DNA from: a virus
Taxonomy: Duplodnaviria; Caudoviricetes
Length of the DNA stretch: 64,000 nucleotides
Reading direction: 5' to 3' (one strand)
IMG/VR virus record: IMGVR_UViG_2847060657_000007
Location: 1-64,000 of that record
The notes beneath the pieces were generated by a model. The model ran no database searches and was not told the DNA's origin. It worked only from the letters and a program-made list of their open reading frames with translations. Of the stretch, positions 28,713-38,322 are shown in pieces. Numbering within the stretch: position 1 is the first letter of the stretch; every line of letters starts with the position of its first letter. The translations under genes and the position numbers were made by a program.

Positions 28713-31530
28713 GGTAGGTCTCTCCAGTCATTTGATGATACGGCATAGTATCGTCAGCATATTCCAAAATGTCAAGCATTATTTGCTCAGGTCGCATTGT
28801 GTAAACGGTCTGAGTTTTACCCCCATCGTCGGTTACACCTTTTATTTTTTGACCGTCTGATGTAGTGATAAGGTAGGGTTGATTTGGTATCGGATTACCC
28901 TTATTGTCTTGAATAATAAAAAATTCTGAATGTGGTTTTGGCAGGGTTGGGATTTTTAAGCTCACCCTCTCACCCCCCTCCATCACCTTCTCATTACTCT
29001 TGACTTGAAACACCCCAGGTGTTGTGATAAACACGCCTTGTTCGTTCATTTTAAACTCAGAACCACAGATGTTGATGGATAATTGAGTGGGGCTTGTGAT
29101 TTGGATTTTACCTTCTGTTGAGATAATCTCTATGTTGTCTTTGGCGATGTGTTTGATTTGACCATCTTGAGCTTGTAGTTCTATGTCGTCTTTGGCGGTG
29201 TAGTGCTTAATGCCTCCTGTTTGGACAAAGACTCTGATGCCGTTTTGGACGGTTAGGTTATATTTTGAGGTGGTGGCAAGGCTTAGGTCTTTGTTTGTGG
29301 TGATGGCAAGGTTGTTGTCGGTGGTGATGTGAATGTTTTGTTTGGCAGTCAGACTCATGCCCGCCAGTGAGGCAAGGGCAATATGTGGGTTTGATAGCTC
29401 TGGATGACTTAGGGTGTCATCTGAGTCGTCATCATGGTGATTGGCATGGTCTACACCCTCCCCTGTCATGCTTGTGTTAAGCTCATCTAAGGTGGGCATG
29501 AGCGTGTCATCCAAGGCTCGCTCTTCGCATTGTGCTTGGATGCTACTTTGTATGAGTGATGAGTGGGTGCTTGTGGCATTCTGTAGCTGAGCTGTGGTCT
29601 CTTTAATGTCTTTGATGTGACTTGTGGCATGTGGCCTCCCATGCGTGGTAATCACCATGCCTTTATCTGCTCTTATCACCCCATGTCCATCAGTTCTTAC
29701 CTCAAAGCCCTCGCCTCGGTATTCACCTCGTCCTTGGGGGGTGGTAAGACGTCTGATGTGTCCTAGGTTAATCTCGGTGTGTAGGTGGTCGGATTTTAGG
29801 TGGGTTTGGAGTTTGTCTTTAGTGTCATCCATGATGAGTTGGTTGGATTTGTCTCCCCCATACTCTTTGGAGCGGATGCCAGAGAGGACTTTTTCATGAG
29901 GGAGGGTGTATAGAGGCATGTTGTTTGGATTGGTCAAAGAGCCTGCCACATAGGGCATGTCAGGATTGCCTCCAAAGAAGTCAATGATGACCTCTTGGCC
30001 TGCTCTGGGCAGTGCAATGTGCCCATAGTGATCTCCTGCCCAGGTACTGGCAACACGAAGATAGCAGGTGTTTATCTGACTTAGGTCATCTTTGTCATCA
30101 CCGGTGCGATTGTCTACAAGGTGTCTTTGGGCGAGTGTGGGTTTGTCCCAGTGGAACTTAACTTTGATGCGACCGTATTGGTCGGTGTGTATCTCTTCAC
30201 CTTCTTGGGCGACGACAGTGGCGGTTTGGGTGCGGGCAGGGGGTCTTGGGCAGGGGGTTGTGGGTACAAGCGGATGTGTGGCAGGGTATGCAGTAAAGCT
30301 TGTATCAGCGGTGTAGTACTGATGGGTGTTGTTGTCTTCATCGATGGGTTTGATGCTCATCTGTAAGGCGTAGACGACCCAGTCGGTATTCATGCTTTGA
30401 TGAGGGTGACCTGTTAGGGTAAATAAGTGGGCAACCTGTATGCCCTTTAGTCTGCCATGTGCGGTGGCACTTAGGCTTTGATGCCGATAAGCGGCGGTGA
30501 GCTGTTCGTTTTTTGTGGCTAGCTCATCACCCCCTGCTCGTCTGCCTTGATGCCATTCATAGCGTTGTAGGTGATGGATGAGTGCTTGATGTGGTTTGTG
30601 TGTGTCAGTTTGCACCCCTTTTATGGTATCATGAGCCATTAGGGGTTCATTAGGGGCTTTAAACTGATAATCAGATAAGAGACTTTGGGCACAGGTCAGT
30701 CTGCTTTTGGGGGTAAAGTGTTCTAGGTATTCAGCATACGCTGGCATACGCTGATTGGGCAGGTTGAGTGTTAGGGTGTCATAAAAGGGATTGGCGTGTC
30801 TTTTTAGGTGACTGACATGGTCGGTGATGATTAGGGTGTGATTGTCTTTGGTGTGTTCAAAGTAAAAGCTGATGCCATGCTCACTCATAAGGCGAGTGAT
30901 GAATGCGTGGTCTGATTCGTCATATTGGGTTTGGTAGTCTTGTTTAGGATAGTCATGGGTGAGTTCAAACTGCCAAGGATAAGGGTAGCAGGATAACACC
31001 TCTTCGATGATTTGTGGGATGGATTTGTGTTGGTGGATGTGATAGTTATTTGTTTTGGTGAGTAGGTAAGTCCATGGAGATAAGGTGAGTTCATAGACGG
31101 CATGCCTGTTGTGTGTGGTGAGTTTGGCACAGCCGGTGATGATGCCATGTCTTGTGACTTGTCCTGTGATGGTCCTATCATCGATGGGGTGTTTGTCATT
31201 TAAGTCAAGGGATATGCCTAAGGGCGTGCCGATGAGGGCGGTTAGGTCTAAGTGAGAGGCGACGCTTTGGTAGGAGATGGTGTCTTGGTGGGGGGTAGCC
31301 TCTTTGGGGTGGATGATACTGCCATGATAAGCTTCAAAACTGACATAACCTTCTAGTCCCTCTATACCATGGGCAGGGTTGCCATGTTCGTCTTTGGCTT
31401 TGACGATGAGTTTGTATTCAAACAGTCCGTTGATACTCTCTACCCCTTGTAAGCTGTCGAACCATAGATAAGGAGTGCCAGATACACTTTTGGGCAGATA
31501 AACAGAGTGTAGATGAGCACGATGGTTCAT
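28699..31530 (-). CDS. vgrG: VgrG (copy 4)
   Basis: Identical core; tip IQDNKGNPIPNQPYLITTSDGQKIKGVTDDGGKT. Confidence 0.95.
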   Translation of the reverse strand: MNHRAHLHSVYLPKSVSGTPYLWFDSLQGVESINGLFEYKLIVKAKDEHGNPAHGIEGLEGYVSFEAYHGSIIHPKEATPHQDTISYQSVASHLDLTALIGTPLGISLDLNDKHPIDDRTITGQVTRHGIITGCAKLTTHNRHAVYELTLSPWTYLLTKTNNYHIHQHKSIPQIIEEVLSCYPYPWQFELTHDYPKQDYQTQYDESDHAFITRLMSEHGISFYFEHTKDNHTLIITDHVSHLKRHANPFYDTLTLNLPNQRMPAYAEYLEHFTPKSRLTCAQSLLSDYQFKAPNEPLMAHDTIKGVQTDTHKPHQALIHHLQRYEWHQGRRAGGDELATKNEQLTAAYRHQSLSATAHGRLKGIQVAHLFTLTGHPHQSMNTDWVVYALQMSIKPIDEDNNTHQYYTADTSFTAYPATHPLVPTTPCPRPPARTQTATVVAQEGEEIHTDQYGRIKVKFHWDKPTLAQRHLVDNRTGDDKDDLSQINTCYLRVASTWAGDHYGHIALPRAGQEVIIDFFGGNPDMPYVAGSLTNPNNMPLYTLPHEKVLSGIRSKEYGGDKSNQLIMDDTKDKLQTHLKSDHLHTEINLGHIRRLTTPQGRGEYRGEGFEVRTDGHGVIRADKGMVITTHGRPHATSHIKDIKETTAQLQNATSTHSSLIQSSIQAQCEERALDDTLMPTLDELNTSMTGEGVDHANHHDDDSDDTLSHPELSNPHIALASLAGMSLTAKQNIHITTDNNLAITTNKDLSLATTSKYNLTVQNGIRVFVQTGGIKHYTAKDDIELQAQDGQIKHIAKDNIEIISTEGKIQITSPTQLSINICGSEFKMNEQGVFITTPGVFQVKSNEKVMEGGERVSLKIPTLPKPHSEFFIIQDNKGNPIPNQPYLITTSDGQKIKGVTDDGGKTQTVYTMRPEQIMLDILEYADDTMPYHQMTGETYRGEK

Positions 31531-31762
31531 GGGGGTATCTCCTTATGGGCAAGATGTCATGTGTGTGATGTGTGTGGTATATATTTCTGGGCTGTGTTGA
31601 ACAGGCATGCAGGGTTAATGAGAATGATTTAGGAGTGATTGGATTTTAGCATGGGGGGTGGGAGGGGTCAAGGGGGGGTACTATTTATGGAAAGTGCCCG
31701 AATTCGGACACTTTGGAGGCAACTTAAAGTTATGATTAGGGCAAGTGTGATTGCTTGGTTTT

Positions 31763-33079
31763 TTAATGACCAAAAATTTTAGCAGTTCTTCTGACCTGAT
31801 TGGCTCGTTTGGACATTATGCCCATTCTAAGTAGAAACAACCCTGCTCGCAATGGTGCGGCAGCAACATTGACACCCGGGATAAGCAATGCCAATGTTGC
31901 ACCAATTTCTAGTGCTAAAATAACCTTATCTGTTGTGGTTAACACAGGAAATGCAGATGGTTTTGGTCTTTGTATTGTAATGATTTCTGGTCCAAGTTCC
32001 ACGGATGGCAAATTATTCTCCAAGCTGTGCGATGATACAGGTTCAATTTCATTGGATTTGGTTGGTACGATAGATGTTGGTACATCCATATCATTCATCA
32101 GATATTCAGCTGCATCGTCTAAATCTTTTTTGCTAATTATTTCAATCGCTTGCCCCGTTTGGGTATCAATATAAACACCATTGCCATTTTCTGAAATAAC
32201 AAGTTCCACATCTTTAAACAGCCACGGTGCCAAGTTTTCTAGCTCATCAACTGTCTGTTTGCTAACAGACATCTCAAGTTCTTGGCGACTGTATTTGACA
32301 TCACCCAGCAAATCAATGACAGGCAGATTTTCAAACACCCATCGCTCAAGTTTATAAGCATCAGGCAGACGCTCTTTGGCAAAGATGGGCACCAATTCTG
32401 GCGAAAAGGCATACTCAGCATCCTCCTGCTCTTGCCAGTTATCATCTTCTGTGATGTGTAGGACGGAGAATCTGTCCTCACCTGCAATGTACTGGTAGTC
32501 CTTTTCTTGTCCTTCAGATAAAGAATCGTTGGGGAATTTCATCTCTACCACGCGCTTGATGTTATCGGCATAATTGTGGTTATATACACTATACTCAGCA
32601 GAAACTTCACCCCCTGGCCAGCGACGCTCGGCATTTTTGACAATAATCAAATCAGGGCGACGGCGATAGGCATTTGGTACCACCCCCTCTTTATAGACCA
32701 ATCGACTGTTCCAACCATTGGTGTGGCGGCGGTTATAACCCTTAGATGAGTCTCGTCCTTTTGCCTTGTTTTGGGTGAGATGAGGAATGGCGGGGATGGG
32801 GTTGGTCTCTCTAAAATCAGGGTCAGGCACGCTAAATGTGACCTCCGACTTATAATGCCATCGGTAATCAGCATGCTCTTGGTCTAGCTTAATCAGCAGA
32901 TGAAACGCCGCTTGAAAGCTGCGAAACTCTTTTTTATCCTCAGTAGGCAAAGGGATATTAATGCCTTTCATATGCTTTAAGACAAAATCACACTTTACCC
33001 AAATATAGCCTTTGTCAGGGGCATCCACCACGGCATACTCTGGGTCATTTTTTACTCGAGTAATATATTGGCTCATCAT
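31763..33079 (-). CDS. Second VRR-NUC nuclease effector, TseV-like
   Basis: RRRPDLIIV...VVEMKFPNDSLSEGQEKDYQYIAG; start reassigned to MMSQY after an AGAGG RBS; hydrophobic C-terminus. Confidence 0.8.
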   Translation of the reverse strand: MMSQYITRVKNDPEYAVVDAPDKGYIWVKCDFVLKHMKGINIPLPTEDKKEFRSFQAAFHLLIKLDQEHADYRWHYKSEVTFSVPDPDFRETNPIPAIPHLTQNKAKGRDSSKGYNRRHTNGWNSRLVYKEGVVPNAYRRRPDLIIVKNAERRWPGGEVSAEYSVYNHNYADNIKRVVEMKFPNDSLSEGQEKDYQYIAGEDRFSVLHITEDDNWQEQEDAEYAFSPELVPIFAKERLPDAYKLERWVFENLPVIDLLGDVKYSRQELEMSVSKQTVDELENLAPWLFKDVELVISENGNGVYIDTQTGQAIEIISKKDLDDAAEYLMNDMDVPTSIVPTKSNEIEPVSSHSLENNLPSVELGPEIITIQRPKPSAFPVLTTTDKVILALEIGATLALLIPGVNVAAAPLRAGLFLLRMGIMSKRANQVRRTAKIFGH

Positions 33080-33084
33080 CACCT

Positions 33085-34332
33085 CTATAATGGATTGGGC
33101 ATAACAATCGCACCGCCATCCTCTCGGCTCATCAGACGCCACTTGACTGCACGGCGCAATCTTTTTTTACCATTTTCAAGATACATCCCCTCCTCTGGAA
33201 AAGGCATGCCTTGTTGTAGATACATACTTTGCCATTCGCCCTCACCAAAAACAAAATCCACAGGTTGCCACATCCCACTGTGTGGCACAATGTGATAAGG
33301 GTGATAGTCAAGTGCCTGCCCAAAGATAGGAACCAAATTTAGCTTATTGCCGTTGGGGTTTAATACCCCTTGTTCAAAGTTGTCATTGTCCCAGCGTCTA
33401 AGCCAATAATAGGCATTAATCCACTGCAATGCACCACTGCCATATTGTGTATGGGGTGTTTGAATGGGGCGTGTTAAATGGGCTGCCACAACATAAGCAA
33501 GAGGTAGGGGCTGATGTTTGTTGGCAACTCTTGGCAAACTGCCAGCTTGGATGACCATAGTCTGCCCCACCCTCTTCACCTCAACCTGTGGGTAGGCTTT
33601 AAGCGTTTGGGCATAATAAGGTTGTTCTAGTACTTTGTCCACAAAGGGCTGTCCGATAAAGCTAAGCCAGCTGATGCTGCGAATGCCACGATACCAGTCA
33701 CTTGCTGAGAACGCCGAGCCATCAGCGGTAATGCCCCAATACTCTCTGGCAACATCCGCCTCATAATATGCATAAGGGTGTCTGTCGTAGGGTAATCTTG
33801 TGCTAAGCCCTGCATAGCCGTGAAACAGCTCACCGTCATAAGTGCCAAGTACATCCTCCACCCACTCTTGAATCTCGGCTCTGCCCTCTGCATCATAAAG
33901 TAAACTAACTGGCAGATGAATTTTTAGATAGCTAAAAAAATGGTCTGCCAGCGTCCCAATAAAATAATCTTCGGCAAACTCGCCTGAGGTATTGGAAGTG
34001 AGGTGCCACTCGATGGCTTCTCTATAATTTTCAAACGCCAAAAACTTAGCCTTAGTACTCTCAAAGCTTTTGTCGGTTAATTTCACAAAACCTCTTGAGC
34101 CTTTTTTAAAATGAGCTTTCATCGGATAGCGAGCTTTAAACCGTTCTAATAGGTTAATTGTTTTTAATTTTTTTTCTGGACTATTATCATTTTCAAAATA
34201 AACCAAAATGATAAACGACAGTTTGGCATAAATATCGCCTGTCTGTTTTTGCCATAAAATCTTATCTTCTGCCTTTTTTAGCTCCTCTATAATCGCCTCA
34301 TCGGTGGGTGGGGTGTATTCAATATTAACCAT
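33085..34332 (-). CDS. DUF3396 / TsiV-like immunity protein
   Basis: FHGYAGL, GIRSISWLSFIG and WLRRWD motifs; lies between vgrG5 and a VRR-NUC gene. Confidence 0.75.
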   Translation of the reverse strand: MVNIEYTPPTDEAIIEELKKAEDKILWQKQTGDIYAKLSFIILVYFENDNSPEKKLKTINLLERFKARYPMKAHFKKGSRGFVKLTDKSFESTKAKFLAFENYREAIEWHLTSNTSGEFAEDYFIGTLADHFFSYLKIHLPVSLLYDAEGRAEIQEWVEDVLGTYDGELFHGYAGLSTRLPYDRHPYAYYEADVAREYWGITADGSAFSASDWYRGIRSISWLSFIGQPFVDKVLEQPYYAQTLKAYPQVEVKRVGQTMVIQAGSLPRVANKHQPLPLAYVVAAHLTRPIQTPHTQYGSGALQWINAYYWLRRWDNDNFEQGVLNPNGNKLNLVPIFGQALDYHPYHIVPHSGMWQPVDFVFGEGEWQSMYLQQGMPFPEEGMYLENGKKRLRRAVKWRLMSREDGGAIVMPNPL

Positions 34333-34419
34333 AAAAAGCTCCTTGTATTGCTTGATATTCTTGAGGTTGGATAAAGTGTTGAGAGTTGATTTGGTTGGAT
34401 TATAACAAATTATAAATCA

Positions 34420-37272
34420 TTAATCATCAATGTACTCAAAAAATAACTCCACACTGTCCTTGCCCGCCACATATAATGTGCGGGTTTTGATTGGCTTAGG
34501 TTTGTCGTTAATAAGCTCTAGGCTTTCAGCCTGAACTGTAGTTACTATCATAGTTTCACCACGAGCATTTGTTCTACCTTGAATTTTCCTATTATCACTG
34601 ACATTTATCTGATACGGATAGTTCGCTAATGGTTTGTTGGTTCTGCTGGAGGTGATGATATATTGACCAACAAATGGATGTCTAAGCTTGGGCACCTCAT
34701 ACCCCACATACTCACCCCCCTCCATCACCTTCTCATTACTCTTGACTTGAAACACCCCAGGTGTTGTGATAAACACGCCTTGTTCGTTCATTTTAAACTC
34801 AGAACCACAGATGTTGATGGATAATTGAGTGGGGCTTGTGATTTGGATTTTACCTTCTGTTGAGATAATCTCTATGTTGTCTTTGGCGATGTGTTTGATT
34901 TGACCATCTTGAGCTTGTAGTTCTATGTCGTCTTTGGCGGTGTAGTGCTTAATGCCTCCTGTTTGGACAAAGACTCTGATGCCGTTTTGGACGGTTAGGT
35001 TATATTTTGAGGTGGTGGCAAGGCTTAGGTCTTTGTTTGTGGTGATGGCAAGGTTGTTGTCGGTGGTGATGTGAATGTTTTGTTTGGCAGTCAGACTCAT
35101 GCCCGCCAGTGAGGCAAGGGCAATATGTGGGTTTGATAGCTCTGGATGACTTAGGGTGTCATCTGAGTCGTCATCATGGTGATTGGCATGGTCTACACCC
35201 TCCCCTGTCATGCTTGTGTTAAGCTCATCTAAGGTGGGCATGAGCGTGTCATCCAAGGCTCGCTCTTCGCATTGTGCTTGGATGCTACTTTGTATGAGTG
35301 ATGAGTGGGTGCTTGTGGCATTCTGTAGCTGAGCTGTGGTCTCTTTAATGTCTTTGATGTGACTTGTGGCATGTGGCCTCCCATGCGTGGTAATCACCAT
35401 GCCTTTATCTGCTCTTATCACCCCATGTCCATCAGTTCTTACCTCAAAGCCCTCGCCTCGGTATTCACCTCGTCCTTGGGGGGTGGTAAGACGTCTGATG
35501 TGTCCTAGGTTAATCTCGGTGTGTAGGTGGTCGGATTTTAGGTGGGTTTGGAGTTTGTCTTTAGTGTCATCCATGATGAGTTGGTTGGATTTGTCTCCCC
35601 CATACTCTTTGGAGCGGATGCCAGAGAGGACTTTTTCATGAGGGAGGGTGTATAGAGGCATGTTGTTTGGATTGGTCAAAGAGCCTGCCACATAGGGCAT
35701 GTCAGGATTGCCTCCAAAGAAGTCAATGATGACCTCTTGGCCTGCTCTGGGCAGTGCAATGTGCCCATAGTGATCTCCTGCCCAGGTACTGGCAACACGA
35801 AGATAGCAGGTGTTTATCTGACTTAGGTCATCTTTGTCATCACCGGTGCGATTGTCTACAAGGTGTCTTTGGGCGAGTGTGGGTTTGTCCCAGTGGAACT
35901 TAACTTTGATGCGACCGTATTGGTCGGTGTGTATCTCTTCACCTTCTTGGGCGACGACAGTGGCGGTTTGGGTGCGGGCAGGGGGTCTTGGGCAGGGGGT
36001 TGTGGGTACAAGCGGATGTGTGGCAGGGTATGCAGTAAAGCTTGTATCAGCGGTGTAGTACTGATGGGTGTTGTTGTCTTCATCGATGGGTTTGATGCTC
36101 ATCTGTAAGGCGTAGACGACCCAGTCGGTATTCATGCTTTGATGAGGGTGACCTGTTAGGGTAAATAAGTGGGCAACCTGTATGCCCTTTAGTCTGCCAT
36201 GTGCGGTGGCACTTAGGCTTTGATGCCGATAAGCGGCGGTGAGCTGTTCGTTTTTTGTGGCTAGCTCATCACCCCCTGCTCGTCTGCCTTGATGCCATTC
36301 ATAGCGTTGTAGGTGATGGATGAGTGCTTGATGTGGTTTGTGTGTGTCAGTTTGCACCCCTTTTATGGTATCATGAGCCATTAGGGGTTCATTAGGGGCT
36401 TTAAACTGATAATCAGATAAGAGACTTTGGGCACAGGTCAGTCTGCTTTTGGGGGTAAAGTGTTCTAGGTATTCAGCATACGCTGGCATACGCTGATTGG
36501 GCAGGTTGAGTGTTAGGGTGTCATAAAAGGGATTGGCGTGTCTTTTTAGGTGACTGACATGGTCGGTGATGATTAGGGTGTGATTGTCTTTGGTGTGTTC
36601 AAAGTAAAAGCTGATGCCATGCTCACTCATAAGGCGAGTGATGAATGCGTGGTCTGATTCGTCATATTGGGTTTGGTAGTCTTGTTTAGGATAGTCATGG
36701 GTGAGTTCAAACTGCCAAGGATAAGGGTAGCAGGATAACACCTCTTCGATGATTTGTGGGATGGATTTGTGTTGGTGGATGTGATAGTTATTTGTTTTGG
36801 TGAGTAGGTAAGTCCATGGAGATAAGGTGAGTTCATAGACGGCATGCCTGTTGTGTGTGGTGAGTTTGGCACAGCCGGTGATGATGCCATGTCTTGTGAC
36901 TTGTCCTGTGATGGTCCTATCATCGATGGGGTGTTTGTCATTTAAGTCAAGGGATATGCCTAAGGGCGTGCCGATGAGGGCGGTTAGGTCTAAGTGAGAG
37001 GCGACGCTTTGGTAGGAGATGGTGTCTTGGTGGGGGGTAGCCTCTTTGGGGTGGATGATACTGCCATGATAAGCTTCAAAACTGACATAACCTTCTAGTC
37101 CCTCTATACCATGGGCAGGGTTGCCATGTTCGTCTTTGGCTTTGACGATGAGTTTGTATTCAAACAGTCCGTTGATACTCTCTACCCCTTGTAAGCTGTC
37201 GAACCATAGATAAGGAGTGCCAGATACACTTTTGGGCAGATAAACAGAGTGTAGATGAGCACGATGGTTCAT
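34420..37272 (-). CDS. vgrG: VgrG (copy 5)
   Basis: Identical core to EGGE; tip TNKPLANYPYQINVSDNRKIQGRTNARGET. Confidence 0.95.
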   Translation of the reverse strand: MNHRAHLHSVYLPKSVSGTPYLWFDSLQGVESINGLFEYKLIVKAKDEHGNPAHGIEGLEGYVSFEAYHGSIIHPKEATPHQDTISYQSVASHLDLTALIGTPLGISLDLNDKHPIDDRTITGQVTRHGIITGCAKLTTHNRHAVYELTLSPWTYLLTKTNNYHIHQHKSIPQIIEEVLSCYPYPWQFELTHDYPKQDYQTQYDESDHAFITRLMSEHGISFYFEHTKDNHTLIITDHVSHLKRHANPFYDTLTLNLPNQRMPAYAEYLEHFTPKSRLTCAQSLLSDYQFKAPNEPLMAHDTIKGVQTDTHKPHQALIHHLQRYEWHQGRRAGGDELATKNEQLTAAYRHQSLSATAHGRLKGIQVAHLFTLTGHPHQSMNTDWVVYALQMSIKPIDEDNNTHQYYTADTSFTAYPATHPLVPTTPCPRPPARTQTATVVAQEGEEIHTDQYGRIKVKFHWDKPTLAQRHLVDNRTGDDKDDLSQINTCYLRVASTWAGDHYGHIALPRAGQEVIIDFFGGNPDMPYVAGSLTNPNNMPLYTLPHEKVLSGIRSKEYGGDKSNQLIMDDTKDKLQTHLKSDHLHTEINLGHIRRLTTPQGRGEYRGEGFEVRTDGHGVIRADKGMVITTHGRPHATSHIKDIKETTAQLQNATSTHSSLIQSSIQAQCEERALDDTLMPTLDELNTSMTGEGVDHANHHDDDSDDTLSHPELSNPHIALASLAGMSLTAKQNIHITTDNNLAITTNKDLSLATTSKYNLTVQNGIRVFVQTGGIKHYTAKDDIELQAQDGQIKHIAKDNIEIISTEGKIQITSPTQLSINICGSEFKMNEQGVFITTPGVFQVKSNEKVMEGGEYVGYEVPKLRHPFVGQYIITSSRTNKPLANYPYQINVSDNRKIQGRTNARGETMIVTTVQAESLELINDKPKPIKTRTLYVAGKDSVELFFEYIDD

Positions 37273-37523
37273 GGGGGTATCTCCTTATGGGCAAGATGTC
37301 ATGTGTGTGATGTGTGTGGTATATATTTCTGGGCTGTGTTGAACAGGCATGCAGGGTTAATGAGAATGATTTAGGAGTGATTGGATTTTAGCATGGGGGG
37401 TGGGAGGGGTCAAGGGGACAAGTGTCCAATCTAGATGTTTTTAAGATAGGAAGTGTCTGAGTTTGGGTGCTTGGGAGTAAAAACACAGCTGGAAGCTGTG
37501 TTTTTTGGGGTGTGTTTAACGGA

Positions 37524-37889
37524 TTATTTTTTTGCATTGGCGAGGATTTCTTCTGGGATGAGACTGATGCCATGCTCTGTGAGTTTGTACCAAACATAAG
37601 CCTGTGATTTAGATAAGTGACTTGGGGTTGGGTAAATGGGTGATACATCACCGATGTTTAGGTAGATGACTTTTTTAGTCATGCGGTCTTGGTAATAACC
37701 CGATACAGTCGCAGGTTGTCCTTCTTGGATGATGCAGGTTTCATCGTATTTGGGTGAGGTGGTTGGTGGGCTATTTTGAGAGGCAACAAAGGCGGCAGCA
37801 CTCTCTGGGGTGATGCCAAGATTGTCTACCACCCTGTTTTAACATTCATACGAGTGTTGGCTCGCTCACTTTCAGGAATTGCTTTGATG
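37524..37889 (-). pseudogene. Deletion-fused remnant: Ntox15 tail (IKAIPESERANTRMNVK) joined to the 3' third of a Tdi1-like gene
   Basis: 37838-37889 matches 21562-21613; 37524-37838 matches the 3' end of 20549-21544; about 0.7 kb is missing at the junction near 37838. Confidence 0.8.
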
Positions 37890-37923
37890 TTCGCCATCAA
37901 GCAGTTGGTGGGTTTTGGTGAAT

Positions 37924-38322
37924 TTAATCATAAATTATATCAAATTCTTCTGATGCAATTCCCCAACCCAAAATCCCAGAAACAAGCAGATAACATTGCA
38001 TTTTAATTGGTGATTGAATGGGCTTTTCTACGCATAGCCTATTATCTTTATTTTGACATACATTTAACTTGAATTTGACTTGATGATTATGTATTAATAC
38101 ATCATGATCCTGAATTCTGTCATCATGATCATTTGTGCATATCATTCTTTTTGCAGGATTTTGGCTTATATCTTCATAATCAAATCCATTAAGACTTTTG
38201 ATATCAGCAACACCCATTAAGTCTATATTGTCATTTTCTAATCTAATGGATTGCAATTGTACAGATATTTTTTGTGGCTCACAAGCCACTAAAAATATAC
38301 AAAGAAAAATAAAATATTTCAT
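37924..38322 (-). CDS. Lipoprotein, putative lipase immunity
   Basis: Lipobox LVAC; ATGA overlap with the lipase stop. Confidence 0.65.
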   Translation of the reverse strand: MKYFIFLCIFLVACEPQKISVQLQSIRLENDNIDLMGVADIKSLNGFDYEDISQNPAKRMICTNDHDDRIQDHDVLIHNHQVKFKLNVCQNKDNRLCVEKPIQSPIKMQCYLLVSGILGWGIASEEFDIIYD

